Assembly (NCBI GenBank): GCA_008632985.1
Contig: QPGO01000058.1
Span: forward strand, 310,001-374,000
From: Psammoneis japonica
Taxonomy: Eukaryota
Length of the DNA: 64,000 bases
Direction of reading: 5' to 3'
Position numbers and translations under genes: made by a program. Below are positions 45,241 through 57,473 of the stretch, in pieces (the first letter of the stretch is position 1; each line of letters starts with the position of its first letter). The notes beneath the pieces were generated by a model. It worked only from the letters and a program-made list of their open reading frames with translations, did not search any database and had not been told where the DNA came from.

Positions 45241-46040
45241 AGGATTCTCTGGCATCAGCAATGGCTCCATGTGGAATGTAGAAGCTGTTCTTCTTGATGG
45301 ACTCTTGAGTTGTTGTCATCTTCTACCGCAATTCGGAAACCATTGTCAATTGTTCAATTTCTCTCCTTGTCACACGCGAAAAAAGGCAAAAAATTGTTGG
45401 TCCTGTAAGTGGGAGCGATTCGTAAACACGAGCTCGAAATTCGGACAAGCGCACATGTGGACGAGTGCGGGCATGACCGACATTCGCTCGGCGAATTCAA
45501 TTTCGCGCCAAAGTCAACTAATGCATAACTTTATGTACATTATCATTAAATCTCGATGATGTTGGACGTTGTTACGATGCTGTGATGATTTACATCCTGT
45601 GTTTCAGTCCAACACTTGTAGACTATCATGCGCAAAAAGGGTAATTTTTCTGCTTTTTTTGCATTTTTGAACATTTTTGCCTTTTCTGTTTGTACGGTAG
45701 GTTTTGTTCCTTGTCCATGCTGACTGTAGAATCCTCGCACTGCCGTGAGCACAGAATTATGGATTCATGGCCATGAGGACTTGTGTGAGGATGCCCTGAC
45801 CATGACAACTCTCCCGTTTAGGTCAACGCCACCGACCCACCAACTCGAGCAATAAAACAGCACTGAAGATGGGCGACGAAGGCAGAGCTTGAAACTGTGA
45901 CAGAATCAATTTCCCGAATGGAAAAGTCAAGTTGAACTTGATACACAAGCAATACACCTCCTTTTCTCAAAAGCTAGCACTGCAGGTTTTCTGTTGCTTC
46001 AACACATCAGTTACTGTTATTGAAAAGAATCGCACCCCGT

Positions 46041-49000
46041 TTACGTTTCATTTTTCTTTTCGTCTTCGGTCGATTCAGTCTTGAGCTTTTTCTCCGAGCT
46101 AACTCTGATGATTTCGTGTAAAACAGCAGATCGGTCATTGGCAAAAGAAGGTGACTCTTTCATGAGGTCACTGGTTGATTTGCTCCTTTGTGCCTTGGCC
46201 ATTCGCTCCCTCCGTTCCTGCTCAAAAGAGAATACAGAGATGAGAAATGGTGCACAGAAGAATGCATTTCCGCACACACGATGGGGAGCGGATAATGCTT
46301 ACCTTGGTTTCCTGCATTCGTTTCACGTCAGCACGAGCCCCTTCAAACATGGCGACAAACCGAGTAAGCGTAGTAAAGAATTCGTGAACTTTCATGTCTT
46401 GCTTCTCGCCAAAGTACTTCAAGAGATCCGCAAAAGCGGCCTTGGCTCCATCTAGTTCTCCCGACAGACGTTTCAATTCGCTATCGGCCTCCTTGACAAA
46501 TTTCTCCATGGAACTCGGTTCTCCGCCAACATTGTTGGATTCTTCTTCGATCTCCGCAGCCATGTCTTTGAGACGCTTCTGACCTTTTTGCAAGTCGCCA
46601 AGTGTCTTTGCCAGCGAATCGACGTCAATCCTTTCGGCTTTCAGAGCCGGCAAAAGATCTTCGCTTACATCCAGCACCCCCTTGTCGTTCTTGTGAATGA
46701 TGGACACCAGATAATGTAGAACGCTTGTCTTTTTGTCGAATGCTTTAGCCTGCACAACGGTGGCATGCAGTGTGAGGAACGAAATGCAGAACCAGCGTAA
46801 ACGCACAGCAACACGAGGGAAACAATAGCAGCCTATGATACCTACCTCATGAAGTTTAAGAAGTGAATCCAGAGTGATTGCTGCAACCCCCTTTCCAGCT
46901 GCCCCCGTGTTCAGTGTGTTTCCTAGACGCAGCGCAAACACCATTAACCGGGCCAATTTATCCGAGTTTCGCACGCACACCAAGGCTTCTCTTAGAGCAG
47001 AAATCTCTGACGCCAAATCTGTAACAGATCCGTCGAACTGAGCTCTGTACAGCATACATTCAAATTTGCTTTTGGAGTTAGTTACGTCGAGCATCGACGC
47101 CATGTACTTTTCGCATTCGCCAAGCTTAGAGACAGCGTCATCCTTGGCCGACTGAGAGGCGTCGGCGGGTGGAAGGTAGCTTCTGATTGCTAAGGATTCA
47201 TCTTTGGTAGGAAGTAGCTGCATGAGGGCGAGAAGCTGTTTAAACCAGAAAAAAAGATAAAGACGTTAGTAAGAAACTGAATTGCTTGCGCAGCAATGAT
47301 CAAAGCGCGGGCAACCAAGGGTCCTTACCTCAGTTTCGTCCATACCATCAGACTCTCTGCAACAGGTAGAGACAAACACAATAGAAATCAGCGTCAGACA
47401 ATATCGACTCGCTCGGTGCCCTATTCAGACGGAATGAATGACTTACAAACGGTTCATCTTCTCCGCCAAAACCGTGTAATCGTGCTTGTACTTCGCAAGA
47501 AGAATAGATCCGTTCATCTGACGTCTGCTGTCAATGAGTTGAACACTTGTCTGTTTTGACTTCGGTTGCTTCGTTGAAACATCTTTTGATTTACTTTCTG
47601 TTTTTTTGCCGGCGCTCGTCGAGGTGAAGAGACTTGCAAACTCATCCTCGTCGTACTCGAGGCCTTCGAGATTCATTGTTTCTCCCGACTGCGCATCAGC
47701 CCACAACGATCCATCTAAATTTGATTTGTCGATTGAATTCCAGAACAAGCGTTTTCTGACTACCTTTTCTTCCTTCTTTTCCGTCTTATCGGCTGCTGAC
47801 TCATCCTTCTCTTTCCCGTCCGACTTCCCATCCTTTGTGGTCACCGGCCTATTTTTATCGCCCTTTTGCGACTTTAGGCTCTTCTCTGGATCGAGATTCA
47901 AAATTTCGGGATCTACACCGTCACGCTGCATCGCGTTTCTCACAGCACCTTCTGGCATTTTCATCTTGAGCATTTTAAAGTACTTCGCATACTCAGGGTC
48001 ATCCTTCAGCGGTACCTCATCATTACTCGTATCATCGTTTGTTGCTTCTTGCTGAGACTTGAGGCTCTTCTCTGGGTCGAGATTCAAAATCTCTGGATCC
48101 ACCCCGTCACGCTGCATCGCGTTTCTGATAGCACCTTCTGGCATTTTCATTTTGAGCATTTTGAAGTACTTCGTATACTCAGGGTCATCCTTCAGCGGTA
48201 CCTCATCATTAGTCGTATCATCGTTTGTTGCTTCTTGCTGAGACTTGAGGCTCTTCTCTGGGTCGAGATTCAAAATCTCTGGATCCACCCCGTCACGCTG
48301 CATCGCGTTTCTGACAGCACCTTCTGGCATTTTCATCTTGAGCATTTTGAAGTACTTAGCATACTCAGGGTCATCCTTCAGTGGCACGTCGTCATTACTC
48401 GCATCATCGTTCGCTTCTTGTTGCTGAGACTTTAGGCTCTTCTCCGGGTCCAGCTTCAAAACCTCGGGATCCTTTCCGTCACGTTGCATTGCATGTTGAA
48501 CAGCATTCTCCGGTAGGCCGGCTCGCAGCATCTTAAAGTATTTTGTGTACTCCGGATCGTCTTTAAGCGGTACTTCTGCCTTGTCGACCTCTACTTTCTG
48601 TTGAGATTTCAGACTCTTTTCAGGATCCAGATTCAGAATGTCAGGGTTCTTGCCATCACGTTTTAAAGCGTGCCTTACTACCTCTTCTGGCATTTTCATT
48701 TGCAACATTTTGAAGTATTTCGCATACTCAGGATCATCCCGAAGCGCCATCTCGACTCCTTCAGTCGGTGTTGGTGGTTGGACGCATGCACGAACTTGTT
48801 CTTGCTTCGTCTCGATGGAAACGGGTACGACAGATGGTACTTGGACAACACCGGCAGCACGCCGAGCAAAGAGTGCGTTAAGGTTTGCCTTTGCCACCTC
48901 AGATCGGCCAGTGACTTGGGCGCTAACGACTGAGTCTTCTGGCATTGAAAGAGGTGCCGCACGTGACGTCAGTAGCTCGAGAGACTGTCTCATTTGAGAC

Positions 49001-51432
49001 TGGTGGAGCGGGGGAGCGCCCACATACGATTCTGGGAGTTCAAGCTGCGCCATGACCGAACGCGGTGAAATCATGTCATCAAGTGCATCAGTGACGGCTA
49101 AGCTGCCAGCTTCTTTCAGTCTAGTCGCTGTCTCGTCTCCAACTGATGGCGGCGTTTGCATGGGTTTACTCATGTTCTCATCGTCGCTGCTATCTTCAGA
49201 ACCGTCTGGTTCCGTTGCTGAAGGCTTCGAAACTTCTTTGTTGGCGACGGGATTCACCTGACTGGCGTATGAGCGGTTCGGGTCCAAGTCAAGAACTGAT
49301 GGGTCCTTGCCATCAAGCTCTACGACGTTTCGCACTCGATCAATGGGTACCCGTGCCTTCAACATGAGAAAGTACCGTGCGTAGGCTGGATCCTTACAGA
49401 GCGGTAGTTCTAACTGGCCATGGCTTGTGTTCTGGTTAGCATTCACGGTAACCTTCTTTGTCTCGTCCTCGCTTTCTCTATCGTGCTGTGAACGGCGATT
49501 GGCAACGACTTGACAAGAGTCGTGCTTCTCATTATCAGCTTTACCTGGCTTCTCCGTCGTCGCCAAGCCTTTATCGTCCGCCTCGGTCGAAGACAACTCA
49601 TTTGTCGCAACCTCGTCTATTCTAGTGTTGTCACTTTTCATTTTCTTCTTTTCCTCTCCCGAGTCTACCTGACTGGCATACGGAAGTTTCGGATCTAGCT
49701 GCAATATGCTTGGATCCTTTCCGTCCAATTCAAAAATGAGACTAACGCGATCCATGGGAACCCCGGCTTTGAGCATTAAAAAGTATTTGGCATAGACCGG
49801 GTCTTTTCCAAGTGGCAAGCCACCATGAATAAATTCTATAGCTTGGTCACTTTGCTGCACAGGCGAAGACGACAACGTGGTGTCGTCCTCGAGGGCATCC
49901 AGTGACGTCTTCTGTTCAACACTAGCAGTCATTGGTGAAGATGGCTCTTTGTCATTCTCATCGCTCTCGTCATTGTCGCTGCTATGCTCCGGTAGACAGT
50001 CGTCGGGTGAGACTTCGCCTGCAGATGGCGGAGCTGACGTCTCGAGAATTGGAGACTCTGATTCTGCTTGTTCCACAGCTTCGCAGTCACTTTCTTTTCG
50101 AGGCTCTCCTCCTTCTTCAGCACTACCATCGTCCTTATCAGCTTCTTCACTCGGCTCCTGACTCTGCTCTTCTTCCTGCGGTGTCGGTTTAGTTTCTTGT
50201 TTCTGTTGAGACTTTTTCGATGACTTCTTCTTTTTTCCAATTCCAAAAAACCCGAGAAAGCCGCCACCTTGATCGTTCTCATCGTCACTGTCGCCTTCAT
50301 CCTCGTCAACCTGTTTCGTCGTTGCCACGCCAAAATCACGATTCATGGCGTCCTGCGGAACGTGATTAACAAACAAAGGGTCCCTTTGCTTGCTTTTAAA
50401 ATCATACAAGATTGATTCTTGAACGGACTTTTCTTCCGTGTCGGGTGTTGCTTGCATCGTCTGTTCCATCTTGTCACTGTGCAAAGACGACTCATCGTTA
50501 GTCGCCTCCTCCGTACTCGCTTCGAGATTGTTTTCTTCCGTCTCTAATGTTGGACGTCCTGGTGACACTGGCGAATCGTTCGCATCGTGAATGTTATCTT
50601 TTTCGTCTTTATTGCAGTCCTCATGAACGTTGGATTGTGATTGCTTGGACGTTTCGTCGCCTTCTTCTTCCTCCTCGTCGACTTTTGCAATGATCTTACA
50701 ATCGTCGCTGGATTCAGAAATCGGTGTGATTGGCGTGACTACTCCATTCGCATCGGCTGTTTTCCACTCCCCCGTCGATACGTCATCCTCATTTGTACAG
50801 TCATCATCTATATCAATCTCAGCCTCTGAAACAACTACAAGATTCTCTTCTTCTTGTTCCTCCATGACAGAGTCGACGCTTTCCTCAAGGCTTTCCATAA
50901 CGGGCTGTTCATCACTACTACTACCCACTTGACTTTGCAGAGGCAAGTCCGGGTCCAACGACAAGACACTCGGGTCTTTACGATCCACTTCACAGACCTT
51001 GACGACCCATCCCATGGGCACCCCGGCATCGAGCATTTTGAAATACTTGGAGTATTCGGTACTGTGCCGGAGCGTGTTGGAGCGAACCGGAGAATACGAC
51101 GACGTCGTTTCTAGCTTTACTTTTTTCGGCGACTTGTGTTTTTCAGGAGTAACCACCCTGACAGAAGAAACGTTGTTATTTGTTCTCGAGCCCAACGAAA
51201 GCAAATCCTGCATTTCTTCTCGTTGTCGCTGTGCTCTGGCATCGTCCATTGCCGGTGATGATGAATAAAACGACGAGGAGGATGTCGTTGATTCGGTGCT
51301 ATTGAGTAGGGACGAGGTCAAGGACCAATCTGCGGTAGTTCCTCCATCGCTATCACAATCACTGCAGTCCTCATCATCGTGCTCCTCGACGCAAGGCAAC
51401 AAAGGCTCGTGGTAGCGGCGTGATGGTCCCAT
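46041..51432 (-). CDS. Formin (FH2 domain) with eight CCDC53/WASHC3-like repeats
   Basis: FH2 motifs RKRLFWNSI, LIDSRRQMNGSILL, QLLPTKDE, LRLGNTLN, LDSLLKL, LKYFGE, FFTTL. Repeats DDPEYAKYFKMLKM.MP..AV...MQRDG.DP. Introns at about 47446-47361, 47329-47241, 46844-46749 and 46302-46219. Confidence 0.9.
47870..48430 (-). repeat. Three near-identical 186-bp coding tandem repeats in the formin
   Basis: ORFs 48059..48241 and 48245..48427 are offset by 186 bp and nearly identical. A third unit starts at ~47873. Confidence 0.9.
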
Positions 51433-51920
51433 GGTTGCAATAACGAAATATGAAAAAGGCTTCTCCCTGGTCGTCGCACGAAACGACGCAAAAAAGTTGG
51501 CAAAAAACGAAAAAATGGGCCACACGCGACCCAACGGCGACTTTCGAAAATTCGCGCCGCGACTTACGTGGAATAACAAACCATCGAGTATGTATACTAA
51601 TAACAATGAAAAATCGTATCCAAGATATATGATGTATACAAATCTTAAACATATTTAATTTCTTTTTAGGTAATAGTAATTTCATACACTTTAGCGGTTG
51701 AAGTAGGTTAATATATTACCTTGAGCACTGTAGACATTTTAGTGAGCAATCGCGTTAGTCAAAAGATTCGGCGAACTGGAAGCGATCATTTTTTGTTCTG
51801 GGCGGGGAAACGGGAAAGCAACGGCATTGGGAAACAAGAAACAAGAGAACAACAGCAGCAGAACTGGGAATTCCGAAGGAGACAATCAGTAGTTCATTCG
51901 ATATATCATAAGAACAAACC

Positions 51921-53857
51921 ATGAGCTCGTGGTGTTGCAACGATTACGAGAGCTCCTCTGGCGAGGAAGTTGTGGATGACGACGCGGTTGGACTTTCTCA
52001 TGTCGGGGAAGCCTGTTACAACACGCTCCGAACCAAGTACAACCGGTTTCACCATACCGCGTGGAATGTGACGTCTGGAAAAGTCATTGGAGAATTACAC
52101 CAAACTCCCATTGACGCGTGGAAAAACATGAACGCTTCCGGTCCCGTCCCCGATGGACACGACGATTGGTTTCCCGAAAAGTTGGGTGAAATCATTGCTC
52201 GTACCGATATTTGGTGCGACGTCTTGTCCTTGGCACCGCCCGATGGTTCCTTTGTCACGACCTTTAACAAGGCACTCAAGACGTTGGATGAACGAGCCAC
52301 CTCGGAACGGCCATTACGGTGCGCATGATGTTTGGGAACATTGTGGGAATGCCCGTCAATTGCACCGTGGTGATTCGCAAGCTTACAGAAGGCTTGAGCA
52401 AGAGTGGGAATCTCAAGCTATGGGTCGGTGCTTGGCGCAAGGGTGTTTCCTGGAACCATGCCAAGATTATTGCCGTGGATGGGCGGTATTTGTGGACGGG
52501 TGGACATAATGTCTGGCATCGTAAGTACTCAACTTATCGTTGTTGTTGATGATGATGCGTGATGCGGCATACGTTAGTATGATGCTGCCAGCTCCTGATC
52601 TAGCGAATCGCCGGGGCATACCACATGGCATTGCAATCAGGCAGCTAGACAAAATTGCATGCAGAGCTGGCGACGTCCTTGTTGTCTCGAACGATCTCTT
52701 TCATTCTTCTAACTTATCTCTCTCATCGTCTCCTTACAACTAGATCACTATCTTACTTTTGATCCGGTGCATGACTTGTCTCTTGAATTAGAAGGCAGAT
52801 GCGCTCACGATGGTCACTTGTTTGCAAACATCCAGTGGGATTTTATTAATTCAACTCAATCCACATGTTTTGGCCAGTGCGTTGATAAAATGCCCGATGC
52901 CCTGCCCTTGGTGGCAACAACACGCGTCACCGTCAGTGAGTTCCCAGAGGGCGTTGCCACAGAGTTCCCACCCCGATACCAGAAACGCCTCGTGCCACGC
53001 CAATTGTATCGGGATCACATTCCCATCATCACCATGGGACGGTACGGTGCGCTCACTCCCTTTAAACAGAGGCCATCGGACGGTGGGATTCGTTCCATGC
53101 TGTTATCTGCCAAAACCATTATTCGCATGGCGCTTCAAGATTTGGGTCCCGTGTGTATTCCGGGAACCAAAATTTGTCTTCCCGGATGTGTTTGGCCGCA
53201 CGTGACGCTGGACGCACTCGCCACAGTCATGTGGACCAAGGGTGTCGATGTCGAGATCGTCTTGAGCAATCCCGGTTCCATTCCCGGTGGACTCAGCCCA
53301 ACGAAGCGTGTTATGGCAACGGTTGGAGCTGTGTCGACGTGGCGGCCGAAATTATCAAATCCATCGAAAAGCTCTTTCCAGAAGCCAAGGAATCCGAGTT
53401 GAGGCAAAAGGTGGAGGAGAACTTGAGGGTTTGCTTTTTGCGTCAGTATCGTGGAAACGCATGGGATGATGGAGAGACGCTCGGAATGCACGCCAAGCAT
53501 TTCATTGTGGATGACGTTTGTACTTATATTGGATCGCAGAATTTGTACATTTGTGACTTGGCCGAATGGGGCGTCGTAATTGATCATGACGCTACAACCA
53601 AGCAAATCATGGCCGAATACTGGAATCCAATGTGGGAAAGATCGTTTACTGGAGTAGATGTCGATGTCCAGGAGGTCATGAACGAACGTTTCAAAAATCG
53701 CGACGGAGAAAACCCACACTTTTTGTCAGAAGAAACCAAGCAAAAGCTGGCAGAGGCCGAAGCAGCAGGGGCCGATGTCACAAATTTGCGTGCAGAAGGC
53801 CAAGTAGCTCGTCCTTCTGCGTCTGATTCATTCTATGAAGAGGAGAAGAAAGAGTAA
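51921..53857 (+). CDS. Phospholipase D-family enzyme (two HxKxxxxD motifs)
   Basis: SWNHAKIIAVDG..TGGHN and GMHAKHFIVDD..YIGSQNLY. Intron ~52521-52743. 1-bp frameshifts near 52315 and 53300. Confidence 0.88.
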
Positions 53858-54499
53858 AGAAATGGTGGTGATTGGTGCTTCTCCAACGATATCGTGGTGT
53901 TTTTGTGGAACAATGTGCATGTTTGAATGTGTCGGTTTGATTTAATGTTGTGTAGTCAGCTTTGTCTGCTGGCTGTAGATTGTGAAATGTGATAAAAGAT
54001 TGTTTTAGCATAGAGAGAATGTCCAATCGCTTCTTTCATCGAAACCGGTGTGAGTTGGCCTGTACTTCAAATGTTGATATTGATTCTTAGTAGCTCATGA
54101 CGAAGCAGGGGGGTGCCTCAGAGGGAGGGATGCAAATACATGATGACGACTTAGTTTTGAGATTGCGACGCACTGAAGCGTTACCGCATTCTGTGCTCTA
54201 CGAAGTAAAATGGATAAGAGATATGGGTGTCGCAAAAAGGAGAAATTCAGGGTACCGGAAACAAAAGAACGAGTGTCGAGTTTGACTTCTTTTGTTCCCT
54301 AATTGAGTTTGGTCCTAATCAGAAGCAGGCTGCTTGAAGAAGTCGCGGCTCGTTCTACTTTTGAACAATTGACCTTCCTAATGCCACACTTGGTGCAACC
54401 AACAAGGCCAATGATTCTTTACAAAGGAATTCACATGTGTTCGGTTGGCACGACTCACTCGCAAAGCACGTCTCGAGGTTGCGCGGTTGGATTTGGAGA

Positions 54500-55640
54500 G
54501 TTTTGAAGTGTTTTTGTGAAAATGTTTTTGTGCCCCTGTTTTGACCGAAAAGACAACAAAGAGTGCCACCGCCAGCCCGCTTGACCCCCAAGATTTGCCC
54601 GGCTCAGCAGCCTCGATTTTGCTGTGGTTGACAGTGTCCATGTTGGAACATCTGGAAGACAGGAAATTTAAGGAATCTGGATGTGTTGAAGAAAGACACT
54701 GATGCTGCTCCTCATGACGCCGTGGAGATTCTCTTTGACTCTTTGTGGTTGAAGCTTCATTGTTGCGCCGCCAGCCAATCTCTCTCGCCTTTCCACTTGT
54801 CCACTCTTTGGAGCAAATAATTTGGTTTGTTCAGTTTGTGCCATTTTGTCAAAATGGCACCACTGGGCATTTGCTGTGTTTGAAGTTGTTTGAAGTTTGC
54901 GTCAACAACTTCTGGGCAACCCATGGCTGCGACAAGCAGCCAGCAGCACATGTGCGCTGGCCAGCTGGGGGCTGCAGGAGTGGACAACAACCAAAGCAAC
55001 AACAAAGACAAATGTGGGGCAAAGCCTGACCCACAATGATGATGCATGTTGGCTTTGCACTGATGTGGCCTCACCTCAAGCACTTCATGGCTGCACACAA
55101 ACATTCTCCAAGCAGCGTGTGGTCCAAAAACAACTTTGTCGGGTGGGGAGCAACATTCTTTGCAAAGGTTTTGGAAGCAGAGTTTGCAGCATGAAAATGA
55201 ACAAACAAACAACAAGCACAGCAAAATGTCTCTTGATTTGTCAAGAGACACCAGTGTGCTGAAAAGAAGTGCGGGAGAATCTTGGCTTTCTGTGTGATGG
55301 TCTTTTTTGAGAGTGCTCCTCATTTCACATCAACTTTGTGCGCACACAATGAACATGCCCCAACATTTGCTGAGTTCTGGGCAGCAACTTGGCTTCTAAT
55401 TGCAGTTTGCAATGCTCCACAATTCTCAGCCATCTTGCTGCTGATGATGGACCCGCACATTTGGACATTGCTGTGCCAGGAAATGACACCACCGCGGCGC
55501 AAGCACAAAGTGGCCAGACAGCTGCAAAAATTTGACCCACTGTTGCACCATGTGTGTTAGGTTTCAATGGATCTTCTCAATCTCTGCAGAAATGTGCACA
55601 AAGCCAGCACCTCATGGTGCCAGTGACAAGCTCACCCACG
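54500..55640. mobile_element. Decayed repeat block 6
   Basis: Only a handful of TpA, TG/CA-rich. No recognisable protein motif. Confidence 0.6.
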
Positions 55641-55680
55641 CCATCCATCCATCCATCCATCCAATTGATCCATCCATCCA
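55641..55680 (+). repeat. (CCAT)n microsatellite at the block boundary
   Basis: CCATCCATCCATCCATCCATCC...CCATCCATCC. Confidence 0.85.
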
Positions 55681-55891
55681 CGTCTCATCATGTGTAAAGC
55701 ACAGTAAACTATGTACGAGCTTGCCCATGCTGTACAATCGCAAGCAAGAGTTGGCCGCGCTGTCAACAAGCTTGACACCATGCGAATGCGTATCTCCGTC
55801 ATGGGACATGATGTATGGAAGGGGCGAAGCCGGCGGCACATCTGACTGTTGTGTCATGCACCACCCAACCATGCTGGTATAAAAGGCAACC

Positions 55892-57430
55892 ATGTGGTCT
55901 TTCAAAAAGAAAAAAGGAGTAACTTTTCTCGACACTGCACCTGGAATTGATCGCATTCAGAGTCATGATTCCTGCCTCCACCGCCGCCGCCACCACGCGG
56001 TGAAGAGCACGTTGATGACGATGCTTCGTCCGCTGAGTCCACGCCACCTCCTCCACCACCTCGACATGGACCCGTCAGTGTTTTTGACGATGATGAAAGC
56101 ATTGCGAAATGTCTCCAAGACCTCCAGACCCCAGCGTTTGTGATCAATCGGCATGCCTTTGCCCAGAATTGCAAGCATGTTTCTCAGCATGCCAAGAACC
56201 GCAATTATCCTTGCGACCACATGTCAAGACACACAAGACGCTTGAAGGCGCGTGGGTACAAGCTCATGGATTGCCGTTTGAAGACGAGGAACCCTTTGAT
56301 GGAGCTACCGTCAATGGCTTTGTCGCGTCAACGCTTCCAGAAGTATCGCTCCTGATGCAGGCAGCTGCTGATTTCGGTGGACCCTTTTGTGATATATTGT
56401 TTGGTGTACCTATTTCATTTTCCAAATTGATACCCTTGTATAAAATGAAGCTCAAGATAAAAGAATTGGCAGTGGACAGTAATCTGCATATTATGGTGGA
56501 CCACCCGGCGCAGGTAGAAATGGTTGAACAATTCTTGCAACGAGCTAGTGCAAAAGACCCATTTTCGGTCTTTCTCAAACTGGATACGGGATACCATCGT
56601 GCTGGTGTACCGTGTGGTGAACGAGGTATTGAACTCGCAAAACTCATAGTCTCGTCTCCATTTTTGAATTTGCACGGTGTTTACAGCCATTGGTACGTTG
56701 AGGTATCCTGCATGCTTCAGATGTTATAGGTGTATTGTGTTCTCTCACTCTTCCTGCGATATCGCTCAGTGGACACGCCTACAATGTCAAGGATCCCATG
56801 GAGCTGGCTAGAATCTCAAAAAGTGATATGGAACAGATTTCAGCCTTTCTGACGTCTCTTCAACAGAAAAGAATGGACACCGAAGCTTTCGCGGTATCCG
56901 ATTTGGTGGTAAGCGTTGGATCGACTCCAACCGTCTTTCATCATTATCGGCCGCCACCCGGTATAATCAAGCACATGGAGATTCATCCTGGAAATTATAC
57001 ATTGTACGATCGACAACAGCTATGGACCGGGGCTTGCTCGGATGAATCGCAGTGTGCAGGACGCGTTCTTGCTCGAGTGATTGGACACTATGAGGATCGT
57101 AACACACTCATGCTGGATGCCGGTGCGACAGCCTTGACCAAGGAAACCGCACCCCAAGACAATGACTGGTGTGCCATTGCCGGATTTCCAGAACTGTCGT
57201 GCTTTAGAATGTCTCAAGAAGTCACGCTTGTGCGACCCAAGAATCCAACGCAAAAGTGTCCTTACGACAGGCTTCCGCTCGGCGCCATGGTGAATTTGAT
57301 TCCTAACCACAGTTGTCTTGCGGCGGCCTGTTTTGAAAAGTATCATGTGATTGATGATGCGACGTGTTTGTTTCGACCTGGTGAAGTTGTAGTGGAAGAG
57401 TGGATCCCGTGTCGAGGGTTTGAAGTGTAG
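55892..57430 (+). CDS. D-serine dehydratase/D-threonine aldolase-like PLP enzyme (fold type III, DSD1-like)
   Basis: LQTPAFVI, LRPHVKTHK, KLDTGYHRAG, GVYSH, GSTPT, EIHPGNY, DAG, SQE, IPNHSC. Intron ~56693-56769. Frameshifts near 55970 and 56200. TATAAAA at 55878. The start is uncertain. Confidence 0.85.
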
Positions 57431-57473
57431 AAGCACTATTTCAAACGTACAGTAATCCCATTTCTATAACGCG

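Larger units (their letters stand above)
42550..45320. mobile_element. Decayed repeat/TE block 5
   Basis: TpA and CpG depleted. Two Copia RNase H remnants on the minus strand. Confidence 0.8.

Noticed and set aside
21300..45320. Many overlapping 100-270 aa ORFs on both strands in the repeat blocks
   Set aside because: Artefact of TpA erasure, which removes TAA/TAG stops. The translations are Cys/His-rich nonsense except where TE motifs are recognisable.
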